A stretch of DNA of 64,000 nt from Vulcanimicrobiota bacterium (GTDB taxonomy: Bacteria; Vulcanimicrobiota; Vulcanimicrobiia; Vulcanimicrobiales; Vulcanimicrobiaceae). Below the pieces are notes generated by a model, which saw only the letters and a list, made by a program, of their open reading frames with translations, was not told the origin of the DNA and did not search any database. Where the stretch lies: positions 160,001 to 224,000 of the forward strand of contig CAVZQC010000001.1 in assembly GCA_963777315.1 (NCBI GenBank), in the 5' to 3' direction. Positions 26,986 to 36,665 of the stretch are shown here, one piece after another. Position 1 is the stretch's first letter, and every line of letters begins with the position of its first letter. The position numbers and the translations under genes were made by a program.

Positions 26986-28400
26986 CGCGCTGGGTTTTGC
27001 TGGTAATCGCGGGCGCTGCGGCAGCTGCCGCGTTACTATTTGCGCGTCCGCACCAAACGCCGGGACCGCCGATGCGCGATTTCGAAGCCTATTACGCCGC
27101 CGGTGCTGCTTGGCGCGCGGGCGAAGATCCGTACGGCGCGGCAATTTGGCGGTACGAAAAAGTCCTGGCCGGCGTGCAGCCCGCACGCTACGAGCTGCTG
27201 CCGTTCGTCGGGCCGCCCGCCATACTGCCGTTGTGGAGCGCGGTCGCGCGCTTGCCGTTCGCAGCGGCCAACCTTGCGTGGCGCGCGCTGCTCGTGCCCT
27301 GCGTTGCCGCCCTCGTGCTCGTTGCGCTGGGCTTGTGCAGGATACGGATTGCGCCGTTCTCGTTTGCTGCGGTTGCAGTCGCCGCGCTGGGCTTCGGTCC
27401 GATCACGAGCGCTGTTGCGCTGGGCCAAATCGCGTTGCCGTCGTTCGCCTGTGCGGCGCTGGCGCTGCTGTGGGCGCCCGCCGGAATCTTTGCCTGGGCG
27501 CAGCCCAACATCGCGCTGACGCTTGCATCGCAAGTGCCGCGCCGTGCGGGCGCGATCGCTTTCGTCGCCGGCATCGCCGCGTTCGCGTCGGCGTGCCTTA
27601 TCGTGGCCGGGCCGCAAGGTTGTCTGCGTTACCTGGCGGTTCTGCGCGCGCACGAACTCGCCGAGCGCTTTGCGCTCATTCAAATAACGCCCGCTGCGGT
27701 CGCCTATGGTTTCGGCGCGTCACCGGCCGCCGCAGCGACCGTCGGAATTGCCGTCAGTGCGTGCGCAATTGCGCTGTGGGTACTCTTCATGCTCAAACTG
27801 CGCGATAGCGCCGCTCGCTTTTGCGCTACCTGTGCGCTCGTGCCGGCGGCGATGCCGTTCTTTCACGAGCACGATCTGCTGATCGCTTTTCTGCCGGCGC
27901 TGTACTTCACCATGCGCTGCAGCGCGCGCGTGTGGCCGCTGGCTGCAGGCGGCGCCTTATTGTGCGCCACGGACTGGTTGGGTCTCGCGCAGCGCCCCGA
28001 TGGTATGCCGCAGACGCTGCTGCTCGTCGGCGCCGCCGGTATCGCGCTGTTTGCGCTGCGAAACGATCTCCACGCGCGCGCATTGGCAGCGCCCGCCGCG
28101 GTTCTGGCTCTCGTCGGCATCGCAGGCGCGTTCGCCTACGCGCATCCCGCGCCGGTTTGGCCGGACGCAATGCGAGCATTACCTGCGACGGTTCTGCACG
28201 GCAACGCCGCGCAGGTTTGGAGCGCCGAGCAGATCGCGGCCGGTCTGCTGGCGCGCAATCCGTTTTGCGCTATCCTGCGCTGCGGGTCGCTTGGGGGCTG
28301 CGCGCTGCTTGCGCTGGCCGCGTGCCTTCGGCGCCCCGACCGCGGCGATCAAATGTCGACGTTCATCATCTCGTCGAATTGCGTAACTGCGCCGGGGTGA
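26982..28400 (+). CDS. GT-C fold membrane glycosyltransferase (GT87/DUF2029-like)
   Basis: DFEAYYAAG..GEDPY, F..PP, GQ, HEHD; polytopic; GTGA overlap with the M50 gene. Confidence 0.7.
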   Translation: MTRWVLLVIAGAAAAAALLFARPHQTPGPPMRDFEAYYAAGAAWRAGEDPYGAAIWRYEKVLAGVQPARYELLPFVGPPAILPLWSAVARLPFAAANLAWRALLVPCVAALVLVALGLCRIRIAPFSFAAVAVAALGFGPITSAVALGQIALPSFACAALALLWAPAGIFAWAQPNIALTLASQVPRRAGAIAFVAGIAAFASACLIVAGPQGCLRYLAVLRAHELAERFALIQITPAAVAYGFGASPAAAATVGIAVSACAIALWVLFMLKLRDSAARFCATCALVPAAMPFFHEHDLLIAFLPALYFTMRCSARVWPLAAGGALLCATDWLGLAQRPDGMPQTLLLVGAAGIALFALRNDLHARALAAPAAVLALVGIAGAFAYAHPAPVWPDAMRALPATVLHGNAAQVWSAEQIAAGLLARNPFCAILRCGSLGGCALLALAACLRRPDRGDQMSTFIISSNCVTAPG

Positions 28401-29986
28401 AAGCCGCGCAGATCTTTATTGAAAAAGAAGATGTCTTCCGAGCCATAGATCACGACCGCCGGCGTGTCCTTTTGCAATTGGCGTTCGACGATTGCCACGT
28501 CCTGGTTTCGCTGCGCTTGATCGTAGTGGGCGAACAGGTCGTGCATCGCTTTATTGGCAGTGGGATTGCACCATCTGACGACGTTCTGCCCGTTGGGCGG
28601 GATCTGATCGCAGGCGTAGAGATTGGAGAAGTCGCCTATCGGGTCGTCGCCCCAGTTGACCAAAGCGACGTCCCATTTTCCGTTGTACAGTATGCCGCCG
28701 GCTTGATACGTGTCGAAGTACAGGTTGGCCGGATAATGCTTGACGACGAGACCGACGCCGATCTGCTTCCACCATTGACGTACCAGTTCGATCATGCGAT
28801 CCGTGTCGGGGGTGCCGATCGACGTAGCAAATTCCAAATTGAGTTTTTGCCCCTGCTTTGCGCGAACGCCGTCCGGACCGCGTTTCCAGCCTGCGGCATC
28901 CAACGTCCGGTTCGCTGCGGCAATGTCGAAGGGCACGAGCGCAATGCCGGGCTGCCAGTAGGGTGACGTGTGGGGAGCCGGCTGTTCCTGAAGGTAATTC
29001 GCACCGAACCGGATCTTTTGAATGATCGTGCGGCGGTCCATCGCTTGTTCGAGCGCATGCCGCACAGCGGCATCGCGCATGGCGGGTCGTTGAACGTTGA
29101 ATTCCATGTACGCCGTGTAATAGGCCGGCTGAAGTATGGCCGTGAAACCCGGGAGCGTGTTGAGGTGCTGTCCGATGTAGTAACTGCCGGGGACCGGGTA
29201 CCACAAATCCAGTACGTGCGCTTGCAGCGACGTCATCACCGTATTGCGATCGGGGATGATGTCGAAATCGATTTCCTTGAGCTTGGGCATGCCACGCCAA
29301 TACAGCGGATTGGGCACCATTACGACGCGCTGCGCACGTTCCCAAGCCTTGTACTTGAACGGCCCGATGCCGATCGGCAAAGAGTTGTACGCGACGTGGT
29401 TGATGTTCGGATATTGCGCCAGCAGGTGCTTGGGCAGTACGCACGGATTGGCGCCGCCGCTGGAGAAAAACGTCGTGACGAACGGTGAGTACGGTTTGCC
29501 GAGGTGGAAAACCACTGTGTACTTGTCGGGCTCGGCTGCCGTGGTGATTCTATCCCAGCCCGCGCGGCTGACGATATTGTTGGCCGGGTTCATGACGGCG
29601 TGATACGTCCACACGACGTCGTCGGCCGTAAACGGCGCCCCGTCGGACCATTTCACGCCCTTGCGCAGATGATACGTGATGGTCAGACCGTCGCGGCTCA
29701 CGCCGCCGTTCTGCATTGACGGCACCTGCGTCGCCAGTTCGGGGAAAGGATGGTTGTTGCGATCCCACTTCACCAGCCACGCCATGGTCAGCGAGGACAT
29801 CATGCCGAGCGTGGTTTGTTGGATCAGCAGCGGATTGAGCGATGAGACGTCTTCGGCGGTCGCGTAGCGCAGCACGTGCGGGCGCGTCCACGAATTGAAC
29901 CGCTCCTGCGTACCGCCGCCGCCTTGTTTGGAACACGCGGCGAACGCGAACGCGACGGCCAAAGCCAGTCCGAGGATGCGTCTCAT
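28349..29986 (-). CDS. peptide/nickel ABC transporter substrate-binding lipoprotein (family 5)
   Basis: Lipobox FAAC, LRKGVKWSDGAPFTADDV, IGIGPF, LDAAGW; ATG 29986 coupled to the upstream stop. Confidence 0.92.
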   Translation of the reverse strand: MRRILGLALAVAFAFAACSKQGGGGTQERFNSWTRPHVLRYATAEDVSSLNPLLIQQTTLGMMSSLTMAWLVKWDRNNHPFPELATQVPSMQNGGVSRDGLTITYHLRKGVKWSDGAPFTADDVVWTYHAVMNPANNIVSRAGWDRITTAAEPDKYTVVFHLGKPYSPFVTTFFSSGGANPCVLPKHLLAQYPNINHVAYNSLPIGIGPFKYKAWERAQRVVMVPNPLYWRGMPKLKEIDFDIIPDRNTVMTSLQAHVLDLWYPVPGSYYIGQHLNTLPGFTAILQPAYYTAYMEFNVQRPAMRDAAVRHALEQAMDRRTIIQKIRFGANYLQEQPAPHTSPYWQPGIALVPFDIAAANRTLDAAGWKRGPDGVRAKQGQKLNLEFATSIGTPDTDRMIELVRQWWKQIGVGLVVKHYPANLYFDTYQAGGILYNGKWDVALVNWGDDPIGDFSNLYACDQIPPNGQNVVRWCNPTANKAMHDLFAHYDQAQRNQDVAIVERQLQKDTPAVVIYGSEDIFFFNKDLRGFHPGAVTQFDEMMNVDI

Positions 29987-31632
29987 ATCGAATACTCCCA
30001 CGGATTCCAGAACGCCGATATCACCGGCGAGGGAAGAAAGTTCTTCAGATCGGTGTTGTAGACGTACGGCTCTTTCCAAAAGAACAGAATGATGCTCGGA
30101 ACGTCCTTGGCCATCTGCTGCTGAACGATTGCGTAGTCGCGCCTGCGCCGGTTTCGGTCGAGCGTTTGCAATGCGTCGTTCATTGCCGCCGTTGCGACGG
30201 CGTTCGTCCAAAACAAGGCGTTTTGCCCGTGCGGGGCAAGGTTGTCCGCCGAATAGATCGCCGAGTCGTCGGGATCGGCCGATGCGCTCCAGCTGTAAAG
30301 TGCGGCATCGTAGTGGCCGCCCTGCAGCGTACCCGTCGTGCCGTTTTGAAACATCAGTTGCGAAGGCACGTTTTTCACGATCGCTTCCGCGCCGATCTCG
30401 TGCCATTGCCGCTGCAGCAGCGTTTGGATCTGGCGTGCGTAGTTGGCCTCCGCAATGCACGTGAGGTCGAAGGATAGGCGCCGGCCGTCTTTGACGCGGA
30501 TGCCGTCGCGGCCGCGGGTCCATCCATCCGCCTGCAAGATCTGCGAGGCTTTGGCCGGATCGAACTCATGATGTTCGAATGCATTCGTGTACGCCCAGGA
30601 GAGCTGCGGCGATTGGTCGGTCTGCGCCGCCACCGCCGAACCGTGCATCACTTTGTCGACCAGCTCCTGACGGTTCGTCGCGTACGCCAGGGCCACCCGG
30701 ACGCTGCGATCCGCGAACAACGGGCGACGCAAGTTGAAGTCGATGTGCGTGTACAGAAAGCTATCGACGCGGACTGCCCTAAGGCCCGAGCCCGGCCCGC
30801 TGATCTGCACGTACCTCGGCCAGCTCAGGCCCGTTCCGCGCGCGAGCAGGTCGATCTCGTGCGTCTGCAGCGCGGTAACCATCGTGTTTTCGTCGGGCAT
30901 GTAACGGAACACGATTTCCTTGAGCTTGGGCTTGCCCAAGAAATAGCGCGGGTTTGCCTCCAAGCGTATCTCGCTGCCGCGCTGCCACTGCAGAACCTTG
31001 AACGGACCGCTGCCGATGGGCATCGACTGATAGGGCGCGCTGTTGAAGGAGCCTTTGTCGTCGTTGTACTTCGCCAGCAAATGTTCGGGCAGGATCGCCG
31101 CGTTTCCGTTCACGCCCCACAGCTGCTGCAGATATGGCGCGTACATGCGTTTCATGTGAATGACCGCAACGTACGGATCGCTGCAGTCGATGTCGTTGAT
31201 GTCTTTATAGCCGTCGGTCGTGACGACGTTGTTGTGCGTGTTCATGACGGCTTGCCACGTAAAACGCAAGTCCCGGCACGTGAGCGGCTGACCGTCCTGC
31301 CACGTGACGTTATGCCGCAGCTTGTATTTGAGCGTGCGGCCGTCTTTGCTCACGTCGCCGTTCTCAACCGTGGGAATCTCCGAGAGCGCATCGGGAACCG
31401 GCTGCGCCTTGTCGTTGTAGCGCACGGCGTACGAATAGATGAACATCGACAAGTCGCCGGTGATCGCCGACGCGTTGAGCATCGGATTGAGCGACGACGG
31501 TTCGGCGTTTTCGGCAAACCGCAGGACGCCGGGGTGAGTCCACGCGTTTCCGCCGCCCGACGCGCCGCCTTGTTTGGTGCACGCGGCCAGCATGACGGCG
31601 GCGGCCAGCGCGGCCCCAAGGCGACTGTTCAT
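29983..31632 (-). CDS. peptide ABC transporter substrate-binding lipoprotein (family 5)
   Basis: Lipobox LAAC, WQDGQPLT, IGSGPF, NPRYF. Confidence 0.92.
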   Translation of the reverse strand: MNSRLGAALAAAVMLAACTKQGGASGGGNAWTHPGVLRFAENAEPSSLNPMLNASAITGDLSMFIYSYAVRYNDKAQPVPDALSEIPTVENGDVSKDGRTLKYKLRHNVTWQDGQPLTCRDLRFTWQAVMNTHNNVVTTDGYKDINDIDCSDPYVAVIHMKRMYAPYLQQLWGVNGNAAILPEHLLAKYNDDKGSFNSAPYQSMPIGSGPFKVLQWQRGSEIRLEANPRYFLGKPKLKEIVFRYMPDENTMVTALQTHEIDLLARGTGLSWPRYVQISGPGSGLRAVRVDSFLYTHIDFNLRRPLFADRSVRVALAYATNRQELVDKVMHGSAVAAQTDQSPQLSWAYTNAFEHHEFDPAKASQILQADGWTRGRDGIRVKDGRRLSFDLTCIAEANYARQIQTLLQRQWHEIGAEAIVKNVPSQLMFQNGTTGTLQGGHYDAALYSWSASADPDDSAIYSADNLAPHGQNALFWTNAVATAAMNDALQTLDRNRRRRDYAIVQQQMAKDVPSIILFFWKEPYVYNTDLKNFLPSPVISAFWNPWEYSI

Positions 31633-31717
31633 GAGCCGCTATTAGTTAGCAGGCCCGTGAAAAAATCCCCGCACGGTTCTCGCACCCCGCTTTTGGGCGC
31701 TTTCGGCGTTGGCGGTC

Positions 31718-33100
31718 CTATGGCGAGGTCGGGTTGATCGAGCTTTCGCCCAGCGCATACACGTAGGTCTGTTCGGATTGACGCAGCGTGTACACCGCGG
31801 TCAGTTCGCTGGTTTCGGCCGTCGTCAGATTCGTTTGCGCCTGCAACAACGAAAACAGCGTCGTAACGCCGGCGCGGTATTGCGCCTGCGTCGCGCGCAA
31901 GCTTTCCTGAGCGGCGGCCAATGCGGCCTGAGTCTGCGTCACGGCGGCCTGATCGGAGATCAGCCCCACCAAAGCCTGCTGCACGTTCAGCTCGACGCCG
32001 AGCTTGCTTTGCGCCAACTGCGCGCCGGCGAGATCGAGCTGCGCCTGCGCCTGTTCGGTTTGCGCGCGCGTGATGCCCTGATCGTACAGTGGAACGCTCA
32101 ACGTCAAACCCACCGAGCCGCTGGACTGAAAATCGGTGCCGGCTGCAGTCGTCGAATTGGTGCCGTACGATGCGCTGCCGTTGATGGTGGGATAGTATCC
32201 GGCGTGCTGAGCCTGCACGTTGTATTGCGCTGCGAGCACCGCGCTCTGCGCGGACAGATAATCCGGCCGAAGCGCGAGCGCGCGCGAGAGGGCTTCGTCG
32301 TACGGAAGCACCTTGACCATCGTTTGGGCGGGATTAGCCGGCGTGTTGTTGATCGGAAGCACCAGCGTGTTGGCGTCCAGGCCCATCGAGTTGGCGAACG
32401 CGCCGAGCGAAGCGGAACGCTGCCCTTGCGCTTGGATCAGCGCGACCTGCGCCTGCACCGTGGGCACGTGCGCCGTGACGAGATCGACTCGCGGCGCGAC
32501 GCCCGTGCGCACTTGCGCGGCGACCAGTGCTTCGTTGGCTTGATTGAGCTTGACGAGCTGCTCGTCCACTTGCGTGGTTGCCTGCGCCTGCAGCGCTGCA
32601 AAGTATGCCTGCGAAACGTTGAAAGCGAGCGTTTCGAGATCACGTTCGTACGTGTCCGCGCCAGCCACCGCGTTGGCGCGAGCTTGATGAATCTGCGCGA
32701 TCGTCTTGCCGCCGTCGAAAATCAACTGGCGCAGCTGCGCGTTGATCCCTTTGCTCGTGAACGAGTTGCCTAATCCCGCGCGGGAATTGCCGCTGCCCGT
32801 GCCCCCGGTGCCGTTCGTGTTGTTGAACGACGAGCCGCTGGTGGAGTGGTTGATCGTAGCGGTAGCGCTGATGTTGGGGAATATTGCCGTGCGCGCGAGC
32901 TCTACGGGTATCTGCGTGAGCCGGTAATTCGCGCGCGCCGCGGCCAGCACGGGCGATTTTGCCACGGCGACGTCGATCGCTTGCTGCAAGTCGACGTTCT
33001 GCGGAACGCCTGCCGCAGCGCGCGGCACCGGCATGGGCGCGCCGGTGGGCGCCGGCGTGGGCGCGGCCAGCGCCGCCGCTAAAAGTATCGCTTCAATCAC
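31718..33100 (-). CDS. TolC family outer membrane efflux protein
   Basis: Signal peptide, two OEP repeats (QLIFDGG; SVPLYDQG; QYRAGV). Confidence 0.9.
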   Translation of the reverse strand: MIEAILLAAALAAPTPAPTGAPMPVPRAAAGVPQNVDLQQAIDVAVAKSPVLAAARANYRLTQIPVELARTAIFPNISATATINHSTSGSSFNNTNGTGGTGSGNSRAGLGNSFTSKGINAQLRQLIFDGGKTIAQIHQARANAVAGADTYERDLETLAFNVSQAYFAALQAQATTQVDEQLVKLNQANEALVAAQVRTGVAPRVDLVTAHVPTVQAQVALIQAQGQRSASLGAFANSMGLDANTLVLPINNTPANPAQTMVKVLPYDEALSRALALRPDYLSAQSAVLAAQYNVQAQHAGYYPTINGSASYGTNSTTAAGTDFQSSGSVGLTLSVPLYDQGITRAQTEQAQAQLDLAGAQLAQSKLGVELNVQQALVGLISDQAAVTQTQAALAAAQESLRATQAQYRAGVTTLFSLLQAQTNLTTAETSELTAVYTLRQSEQTYVYALGESSINPTSP

Positions 33101-33102
33101 CG

Positions 33103-34353
33103 CTATTGCCCGCGCGGGCTTCCGGCAATCGCCACGGCGCTTCCGTTCTGCAGCGCGTCCGGCCGCGTGGTAATCACCAGCGTTCCGGCGGTGATCCGCG
33201 GGCTATGCACTTCGCTCAGCGTATCGGTCTGCACGCCGAGCTGCACCGGAACCTCCTGTGCCTTTCCCTGCGCCGAGCCGTTCGAATGGCCGGTCACGAT
33301 AAAAACGTTTGCGCCCTGATCGGTTTGCGCGACCGCTTGGCGCGGAACGACGATGACGTTCTTGTGGTGCTCTTTTTGAACGGTGACGCTCACGAGCATT
33401 CCGCCGCGCAGCGACGCATCGGGGTTGGGCTGCCGGATGCGGGCTTGGTACGAGAGGGTGCCTTGCGTCGGTACCGCGTTGACGGTGTTGATCGAACCGG
33501 TGAACGTGCGCGCCCCCAGCTGCGAAGAGGTGAACGTCACCCGCGTGCCCGCGTGCACGTAGGACAGGTCGTCGTCCGGAACGTTCACGTTGACCCACAC
33601 GGCATTGACTTGCGACACGCGCAGCACCGGCGTGCCCGGCGTCGCCATCGCGCCAGGATCCGCCAGGCGCGCGGTCACCACGCCCTCGAACGGCGAGTAC
33701 AGCGCAGTTTGCCCGATCTGGGTGCGCAGAATATTGGCCTGAGCGCGCGCAGCGTTGACGGCTTGCCGCGCCGCTTGCGCCTGCGAGCTCTGTACGCCGG
33801 TGGTGCCCTGATTGGAAAGCGCGGTCTGGTAGGCGGACTGCGCCGCCACGTATTGCGAACGGGCCTGCTCCATCTGCGATTGCGAAACGTATCCTTGTTT
33901 GTACAGCTGCGCGTCCTGGTCGTACGTCAGCTTGGCGTTCGCGAGCGCCGCTTTGGCCGACGCTACGGCCTGTGACGTGTTGGCCTGGGTGATGGGCACG
34001 TTCAACGCGGACGACTGCGCCTGCGCGGAGCTTTGCGCTATCTGCGCCTCCGCGGCCGAAAGCTGGGCGCGCAGGTTTGAATCGTCGATCTTTGCGAGCA
34101 GCTCCCCGGCGCTCACGCGGTCGCCTTGATTGACGTAGATCGCGGTGATGGGTCCGGATTGCTGAAAGGAGAGCGTGGAGTCTTGCAGCGGAGCAACTTG
34201 GCCGTCCAGCGTCAGATACGTCGCGATATCGCGCCGTTGCGCCTGCGCCACCTCCACGTCGAGCGCCATCGGCCCGCGCTGCTGCTGCGGCTTGCCGCAG
34301 CCCGTCAAAAGCAAAGCGACGGCGAGCGCGCCCGCATACCGGTTATACTGCAT
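33103..34353 (-). CDS. efflux periplasmic adaptor (MFP) lipoprotein
   Basis: LTGC lipobox, GDRVSAGELLA lipoyl half-motif, coiled coil, SPFEGVV; ATG 34353 preceded by GAGGAG. Confidence 0.9.
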   Translation of the reverse strand: MQYNRYAGALAVALLLTGCGKPQQQRGPMALDVEVAQAQRRDIATYLTLDGQVAPLQDSTLSFQQSGPITAIYVNQGDRVSAGELLAKIDDSNLRAQLSAAEAQIAQSSAQAQSSALNVPITQANTSQAVASAKAALANAKLTYDQDAQLYKQGYVSQSQMEQARSQYVAAQSAYQTALSNQGTTGVQSSQAQAARQAVNAARAQANILRTQIGQTALYSPFEGVVTARLADPGAMATPGTPVLRVSQVNAVWVNVNVPDDDLSYVHAGTRVTFTSSQLGARTFTGSINTVNAVPTQGTLSYQARIRQPNPDASLRGGMLVSVTVQKEHHKNVIVVPRQAVAQTDQGANVFIVTGHSNGSAQGKAQEVPVQLGVQTDTLSEVHSPRITAGTLVITTRPDALQNGSAVAIAGSPRGQ

Positions 34354-34485
34354 GTAACTCCTCTTGAAGGTAACCGAACTCACCGAGTATACAGTCCCCG
34401 GCGGCCTTTTGATTCACTTACTACCGCGCAAACCTTAAAACCCGCCCGGGAAGGCGCGACGAGCGCGTTGTATTGTTCACGGGCC

Positions 34486-34881
34486 ATGCGCGCCAAACCG
34501 GACATCGGACGAACCTTCAGCAGGCAAACTCGCGTCGAGGAGTGGATGACCGCGGAGAAGGCCGGCAACAAGGGCGTGGACGTGCTCTCGACGCCCATGC
34601 TCGTCCAGCTGATCGAAGACGCGGCCATGGCATGCGTTTCTCCGTTGCTCGAGCAAGGACAAATAACGCTGGGCACGCACATCGACCTCGAGCATCACAA
34701 ACCCGTTCCGGTCGGCTTTATCGTGCGCACCGAAGTCGAAGTCGTGCTGGTGGACGGCCCGCGCATCAGCTTCGCCGTTCAAGTCTTCGACGAGCAGGAG
34801 GCCGTCGCCGAAGGCACCCACGAGCGCTACATAATGGAAAGAGCAAAATTCCTGGCAAAGCTTGAAGAGAAGCTCGCTTAA
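34486..34881 (+). CDS. hotdog thioesterase (fluoroacetyl-CoA thioesterase FlK-like)
   Basis: VLSTP, E, GTHIDLEH, GTHER motifs. Confidence 0.85.
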   Translation: MRAKPDIGRTFSRQTRVEEWMTAEKAGNKGVDVLSTPMLVQLIEDAAMACVSPLLEQGQITLGTHIDLEHHKPVPVGFIVRTEVEVVLVDGPRISFAVQVFDEQEAVAEGTHERYIMERAKFLAKLEEKLA

Positions 34882-35065
34882 CGCTACCTTTATAGACGAA
34901 CGGAGATGCCCGCCTGCATTATTCTGCAGGGGGGGCAACCTGGTCCACGAAGGATTAGCTCCGCTTGCTTTCGGGTATCTGCGGCATAACGCTTGGTTTG
35001 CCGCAGGCTCACGTAAAAACGAGCTCCCTGCAAAGCCAAGGTTTCATTCTAGCTAGGAGGATAAC

Positions 35066-36607
35066 TTGATACGACTGAGCACCGGAGTCCTTGCCGCCGT
35101 TTTAGCGGTCGGCATGGGACTTAGCGCGGTCGCAGCTCCGTCCTCGGCATCGCATGGCAACATTGGACTCAACGCGATTGCCCAGGCAACGGCTGCACCG
35201 TCTCCGGCAGCGAGCGCACCGGCTTCCCCGGCACCCGCGGGCTCCATGGAACCCACAACGGCACCCTCCATGGAAGCATCGGCGACGCCGATGGCTTCCC
35301 CGGCGCCGGCAGCTCCTGCCCCGGCGGCACCAGCGGCAAACACACCGCCGGCGAACTTCGGTTCCCCGCCGTCCGGACAAATCCCGATCCTCTTCAACGA
35401 CCACCACGTCTACGCCAAACCCGACCGGCTCAAGCAAGGCCGCGTCCTGGCGGCGCTGGTCCGCGGTGGCACCATCCTCATACCGTTGCGTTCGATGTTC
35501 GAACAAATGGGCGCGACCGTTTCGTACAACCCCGGCTCCAAGACGGTAGACGTCACCAAGCCCGGCGCGGACGTAAAGGTAACGGTTGGTAAACCTGAAG
35601 TGGTCATCAACGGCGAGACCCGTCCGCTGGACGTTCCGCCGGAAATCTATCAAGGTCACGTCGTCGTGCCCGTCCGCGTCATTTCGGAAGGCATGGGGGC
35701 TTACGTTCAATGGGTTCCGGACCGCCGCATAGTGGTCGTCCGCTACCTGCCGCCGACTCCGCCGCCGCCGCCGGCCCCGCCGGCGCCATCGGCAGCGCCC
35801 GCAACGCCGGCTCCGACCCCGGTCCCGACTCCGGCCATCACGGCCTTCGTCGCCGGCGACTACATCATCTCGCCCAAGGTCTACAACGAGTTCAGCCCCG
35901 GCAACACCGCTTCGAACAACAACGGCGGCTTCTCGTATCGCATCCATGGCGCATGGGAGTTCGATCTCGGCAGCTTGCCCTGGATGATCGAGGGCGATTA
36001 TCGGCAGTACAACTACCCGCACAATCAAGGCGTGGCAACGGATACGACCGGCGCAGCCGGCGCGATCCCGGGCGCGCAGTGCGGCACCGGTCTGCCGGGC
36101 AGCGCTCCAAGCGGCGATCCGGGCTGCGTCACCGCAATCGGCGGCCAGTTCCAGACGTTCGTTCCGGCGTTCACCGTGCGCGACTACGATTTGGATGCGC
36201 GCCTGGGTCTGAAGATCCTCGACCCGCACATCTACATCGGCGTCGGCTACATGTGGCGCTCGGGCAACTACGGCTATCCGCGTCTGACGGGCGTCGGAGG
36301 CGGTATCGAGAAACTGCCCGATCTCAACCAGAACGGCTTCACGTGGTTCGGCAGCGCGTACTACTATCCGAACGCCAAGGGCAACGGAACCGGTTGCCTC
36401 ACGCTCGGATGCGTACCGCCGGGCAACTCGTACACCCTTGCGTACAATATCTTCAAGTACGACATCGGCGGCGCGTTCACGTTCGGCGCCAACACCCCGC
36501 TCTACGTCGAGTTCGGCTTCTTGGGAGACAAGGGCACGAGCAGAACCAACGCTCCAATCGACTTCACGCACTCCGGTCCGTACGTCGGTTTGGGTCTCAA
36601 GTTCTAA
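35066..36607 (+). CDS. exported protein: Pro/Ala linker, Cu-amine-oxidase N-terminal-like domain, probable C-terminal beta-barrel
   Basis: AGGAGG RBS with TTG start; signal peptide; LIPLRSMFEQMGATVSY and VPVRVISEGMGAYVQW repeats; aromatic-rich beta strands ending GLGLKF. Confidence 0.8.
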   Translation: MIRLSTGVLAAVLAVGMGLSAVAAPSSASHGNIGLNAIAQATAAPSPAASAPASPAPAGSMEPTTAPSMEASATPMASPAPAAPAPAAPAANTPPANFGSPPSGQIPILFNDHHVYAKPDRLKQGRVLAALVRGGTILIPLRSMFEQMGATVSYNPGSKTVDVTKPGADVKVTVGKPEVVINGETRPLDVPPEIYQGHVVVPVRVISEGMGAYVQWVPDRRIVVVRYLPPTPPPPPAPPAPSAAPATPAPTPVPTPAITAFVAGDYIISPKVYNEFSPGNTASNNNGGFSYRIHGAWEFDLGSLPWMIEGDYRQYNYPHNQGVATDTTGAAGAIPGAQCGTGLPGSAPSGDPGCVTAIGGQFQTFVPAFTVRDYDLDARLGLKILDPHIYIGVGYMWRSGNYGYPRLTGVGGGIEKLPDLNQNGFTWFGSAYYYPNAKGNGTGCLTLGCVPPGNSYTLAYNIFKYDIGGAFTFGANTPLYVEFGFLGDKGTSRTNAPIDFTHSGPYVGLGLKF

Positions 36608-36626
36608 TCATCAACGACGAGAACGC

Positions 36627-36660
36627 AAAGAGCCTCGCAGCGATGCGAGGCTCTTTTTTT
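36627..36660 (+). terminator. intrinsic terminator
   Basis: AAAGAGCCTCGCA-GCGA-TGCGAGGCTCTTT followed by a T run. Confidence 0.9.
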
Positions 36661-36665
36661 GTCGT

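Noticed and set aside
35102..36571. Long antisense ORFs (also 13049-14563, 30568-31737, 20119-21285 and others)
   Set aside because: Shadow ORFs typical of high-GC coding DNA; no motifs, and they lie opposite well-supported genes
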